Assembly: GCA_043228905.1 (NCBI GenBank)
Contig: JBHGNT010000020.1
Coordinates: 7,936,001-8,000,000, forward strand
Source of the DNA: Azolla caroliniana
Taxonomy: Eukaryota > Plantae > Polypodiophyta
Length of the DNA: 64,000 bases
Reading direction: 5' to 3'
The notes beneath the pieces are model-generated. The model made no database searches, was not told where the DNA came from, and saw only the letters and a list, made by a program, of their open reading frames with translations. The position numbers and the translations under genes are program-made. This document shows positions 60,035 through 64,000 of the stretch, piece by piece (within the stretch, counting starts at the first letter, position 1; each line of letters starts with the position of its first letter).

Positions 60035-63000
60035 ACTCCGGCATGGGGTGTCTTACCAGTCTGATCCGCTTTCGGCATGCGTCCAGCTTGTCGGGTGTCA
60101 GCACTTTGGTCAGCATATCTGACCCATTCTCGGCCGTGTGGATCTTCGTCAGTGCGAACTCCTGGTCATCTACTCTTTCCCGGATCCAGTGATATCTTCG
60201 TTGGATATGCTTCGTCCGAGAATGGTAGGCCGCATTCTTAGCAAGGTGGATGGCACTTTGACTGTCACAATAGAGTCGGTATTCCTCTTGCCGGATACCG
60301 AGCTCTCCAATGAAGTCCTTCATCCATAATATTTCCTTGCCGGCTTCCACAGCCGCCATGTACTCCGCCTCTGTGGTTGACAATGCAACCGTCTTCTGCA
60401 GCCTCGACTGCCATGAAACAGCTCCCCCTGCATATGTCATCACATACCCGGATGTAGACAGGCTGGTATCCACATCAGCCGACATGTCCGAATCGGTGAA
60501 ACCGTCCAGTTGAGGTTTCCCGGAGCCCAATCGGAGACACATATTTGAAGTGCCCTTCAAATACCAGAGTATCCATTTGACTGCGTTCCAGTGCTCCTTG
60601 TCGGGATTACTCATGAACCGGCTCACCACTCCGACTGCGTGTCCAATATCCGGTCGGGTACAAACCATTGCGTAAATCAAGCTCCCGACGGCAGAGGCAT
60701 ATGGAATCTTCATCATATCTGCCTTCTCTCCTTTCGTCTTCGGGCTTTGCTTGCCGGACAGCTTGCAGTTTGCCGGAAGTGTCGATCCGACCAGTTTTGC
60801 TTCTGACATGTTGAACCGGTGAAGCACCTTTGTCACATACTTCTCCTGTGATAGCCATAATTGCTTCACTGACCGGTCCCGAATGATGTGCATCCCCAAC
60901 ATCTGTCTTGCCGGACCCAAGTCTTTCATTGAGAAGGTCCGGTTGAGAGCCTTCTTCAGCATCCGTATTTTGCCTTGGTCTCGTCCGACAATCAACATGT
61001 CATCCACGTACAGGAGGAGTATCAGGAAGTCCCCTCCTTCGAACTTCTTCACAAACACGCAGTGATCGGCCTGCGTCTTGTGGTACCCTTGATCAGTCAT
61101 GAAGGAGTCGAACTTCCGGTACTATTGTCGGGGAGCCTGCTTCAGTCCGTACAGGCTCTTCTTCAACCGGCATACCAGGTGCTCCTTCCCTTTCTCCACA
61201 AATCCTTCCGGTTGTTGCATGTAGATCTCCTCTTCGAGGTCGCCGTGAAGGAATGTCGTCTTCACGTCCAGCTGCTCTACCTCGAGGTCCATGCTTGCTG
61301 CTATACTCAGCATCGTCCGGATGGAGGTCATCTTTACTACCGGGGCAAATATCTCATCGAAGTCCACGCCCTTCTTCTGCTGGAACCCCTTCACCACGAT
61401 CCTGGCTTTGTATCTCGGGGTTTGCCGGCATCTCCCGGTTTCAACTTGTACACCCACTTGTTTCAGAGTGCCCGCTTTCCTTTCGACAACTCCACCAATT
61501 CGTACGTATGGTTCTCATGCAGGGAATCCATCTCATCCTGCATGGCACTTAACCATTTTCGGATGTGGGTGTCTTCCTTCACTTCTTCAAAGCTTTCCAG
61601 CTCCCCCTCATCAGTCAACAGAACATGCTCTGCATCCGGAAATCTCCGGGGGGCCCTTCTCTCTCTGAGAGGATATCTCCGTCTTCGGGCTTCGGTAACC
61701 GGCTCCTCCATTTGCTCTTCATCCATATCCGATTTGGAGTCTTGGCCGGTTCCGGTCTCAGCTTCCTCTACCTCTTCATCTGCCGGTTCGGTATCCTCAC
61801 CGTAACCGGCTGGTTCCTCGAGTGCTAACCGGTCTCTTGCTGGTTGGGTCTGCTCATCGTAGAGTCTATCCTTACCGGTCGACTCAGAGTTCATTATCTT
61901 CTTCTCCGACTCCCAGTCGGCGAGCGTCTTGTCCTCCATGAAGATAATATCTCGACTCCGGAATACCTTCTTGTCGACCGGGTCCCACACTCGGTAGCCG
62001 AACTCATCGTCACCGTAACCGAGGAATATGCATGGCCGGGTCTTTGGATCTAGCTTTCCTCTCCGGTCCTTAGCTACATGCACGTACGCGAGACACCCGA
62101 ACACCTTCAGATGCCGGTAGGATACTTCCTTACCGGTCCACACTCTCTGTGGCGTGTCTCCGTCCAACGGTACTGAGGGTGATCTATTTATCACGTATGT
62201 CGTTGTCGACAGTGCCTCAGCCCAAAACTTCTTGAGTAGTTTTGCATGCGCTAGCATACTCCGGACCCTCTCCATTATGGTCCGGTTCATCCTCTCGGCC
62301 AGTCCGTTTAGTTCCGGCGTCTTCGGCACGGTAAATTCGAGCCGGATTCCCTTCGAGCGGCAGTACTCCTCGAACTGCCCCCGGTACTCTCCTCCGTTAT
62401 CTGCTCGAACCGCCTTCAACTTCCGGCCGGTTTCTCTTTCCACTCTCGCGTGGAGCTCTTTGAAGACGGATAACACTTGATCCTTCGTCTTCAGCGGTGT
62501 GGCCCACAGCTTCCAGCTGTGGTCATCTATGAACGTCACGAAGTACTGCGCTCCGGCATGTGACTTCGTGTCTACTTGACACATATCCGTATGCACCAAC
62601 TCCAGTGGTGCATTACGTCTCATCGGTGGCCTTGATCGAAAGGAGGTCTGGTTTTGCTTACCGGCCAGACAATCAGTGCACTTCTCCAAGTGCACGTTCT
62701 TCACTGGAATGAGGTTGTCATCTGCAAGCCTCTTCATCCCCTTCTCGCTCATATGACACAGCCTCTTGTGCCACAGCTCACCGGCAGTGTCGGATGTCAC
62801 GTTCACTTCTTCCGGACATAACCGGGCATTCATCATGTACAGTGTGTTTACCTTCTGGGCCCAAGCCACAATCAGGCTCCCTTTGCTGAACTTCATGACA
62901 CCGTTCCGGATGCTACCCATGTAGCCTTCATCATCTAGCCGACCGGCTGATATCAGGTTCAGACGAACTTCCGGAACGTGTCGGACATCCTTCAGCAGCA

Positions 63001-64000
63001 ACTTGCATCCGGTTGGTGTTGTCAGCCACACGTCTCCTATGCCGACAATTCGGCATGTCCCTTCATTTCCCATCCGGACACAGCCGTGATCACCGGCTGA
63101 GTAGGATGAGAAGCATTTCCGGTCCGGGGTAAGGTGGAACGACGCTCCGGAGTCTATCACCCAGGTCATCTCGTCGCCGGCAAGGTTTATTTCACTCTCC
63201 TCGGTGATGAGCATCAACTCTTCTTCACTTGCCGCGATTGCCGTCGTTCCCTTCCGGTCAGGCCCCCTCCAATCTTTACCGTTCCGGTTGGGGGTTTGCT
63301 TCGAATCGGTACCGTCGGTTTCCTTCTCTTTACGGAAATGCCGACAGTTCTTTTGGAAGTGACCCGGCTTGCCGCAATAGAAGCAAATGGGCCTCCCCCT
63401 TGACTTTGACCGTGTCCCCGACTTCTCCCGGTTCTGGGGACTACGGTTTCTATGTCTTCCGCGTTCCGATTCGGTAAGGAGCGCTTTGGAGTCGGAGCTC
63501 GTATCTTTATCCTTCCGACGCGCCTCCTCATCTAGCAAGCTCGACTTTACTCTTGCTAGGGATAACCATTTTCCTTCCGGCCCGGCGTTGCCCAAAGTGA
63601 CAACCAACGTCTCCCAGCTATCCGGGAGGGAACCGAGCAGGAGTAGCGCTAGTACCTCATCGGCAAGAGGTACTTCCAATGACGTTGCCTGGTGGATCAG
63701 CCCCTGGAAGGCATTCATGTGCTCCGCCATGCTGGAGCCATCTTGGTACAGGAGTCTTACTAGCTTCCGGAATACCGACACCTGATTGACAACATTTTTG
63801 TTCCGGAACATTATGCCGATCTTCTCCCAGAGCTCATGAACCTTGCTCTCTTCATTGAAGTTGTTGTACAGGCTCATGTCGATGAAGCACCGTATGTACG
63901 CCGTTGTCTTCATGTGCATCACCTCCCATATCGCGGCGTCGATTTTGTCCGGTCTCTTGTCCCCGAACTGAACCGGTAGCCAAAGGTCTTTAACAACGAG
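60035..64000 (-). pseudogene. gag-pol of Copia 4 (frameshift ~61440-61460, stop at 61122)
   Basis: CFYCGKPGHFQKNC, WVIDSGAS, RADNGGEY, LLYVDD and HSRTKHI. Confidence 0.92.

Larger units (their letters stand above)
59216..64000 (-). mobile_element. Young Ty1/Copia 4 (Tnt1-like, related to Copia 2), runs off the window
   Basis: 3' LTR 59216-60023 (TG..CA) preceded by TAAAC; pol ORFs of 819, 111 and 391 aa with all motifs. Confidence 0.93.

Noticed and set aside
59603-60078. Repetitive ORFs in the Copia 4 LTR
   Set aside because: A consequence of a stop-free 54-bp (multiple of 3) repeat that is open in several frames.

Overview
This is a eukaryotic transposon nest, most likely from a non-seed land plant such as a moss or other bryophyte (inferred from the element lineages). 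I see no clear host gene. Nesting resolved from TSDs: (1) A decayed Copia (196-1798 + 21368-22176) is split by a ~19.6-kb cut-and-paste DNA transposon (1799-21367; 26-bp TIRs GGG...CCC, TACA TSD, spliced Sola2-like DDD transposase, convergent cargo gene), which itself holds Athila/Tat-like Gypsy A (11252-20884). (2) A second, diverged Sola2-like element lies in opposite orientation (~22177-38394, left end lost). It carries a homologous RING-finger cargo gene plus an FCP1/NIF-like phosphatase domain and holds a Copia (26914-32757) with a solo LTR inside its 3' LTR. (3) A Copia (38516-44182) contains a solo LTR. (4) A self-priming Tf1/Tcn1-type chromovirus fragment lies at 44538-45305. (5) Decayed Gypsy C (45328-59215) has tRNA-like cassettes in its LTR and is split by near-intact Gypsy B (47700-57599) and by a young Copia (59216->64000). 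The most interesting signals are: cargo-bearing Sola2-like transposons with element-specific palindromes expanded into intronic arrays; a possibly shared accessory domain between the Sola cargo and the large 3' extra ORF of Gypsy A/B; a covarying hairpin plus a conserved non-purine 17-mer where Gypsy A/B should have a PPT; and tRNA-derived cassettes inside an LTR.
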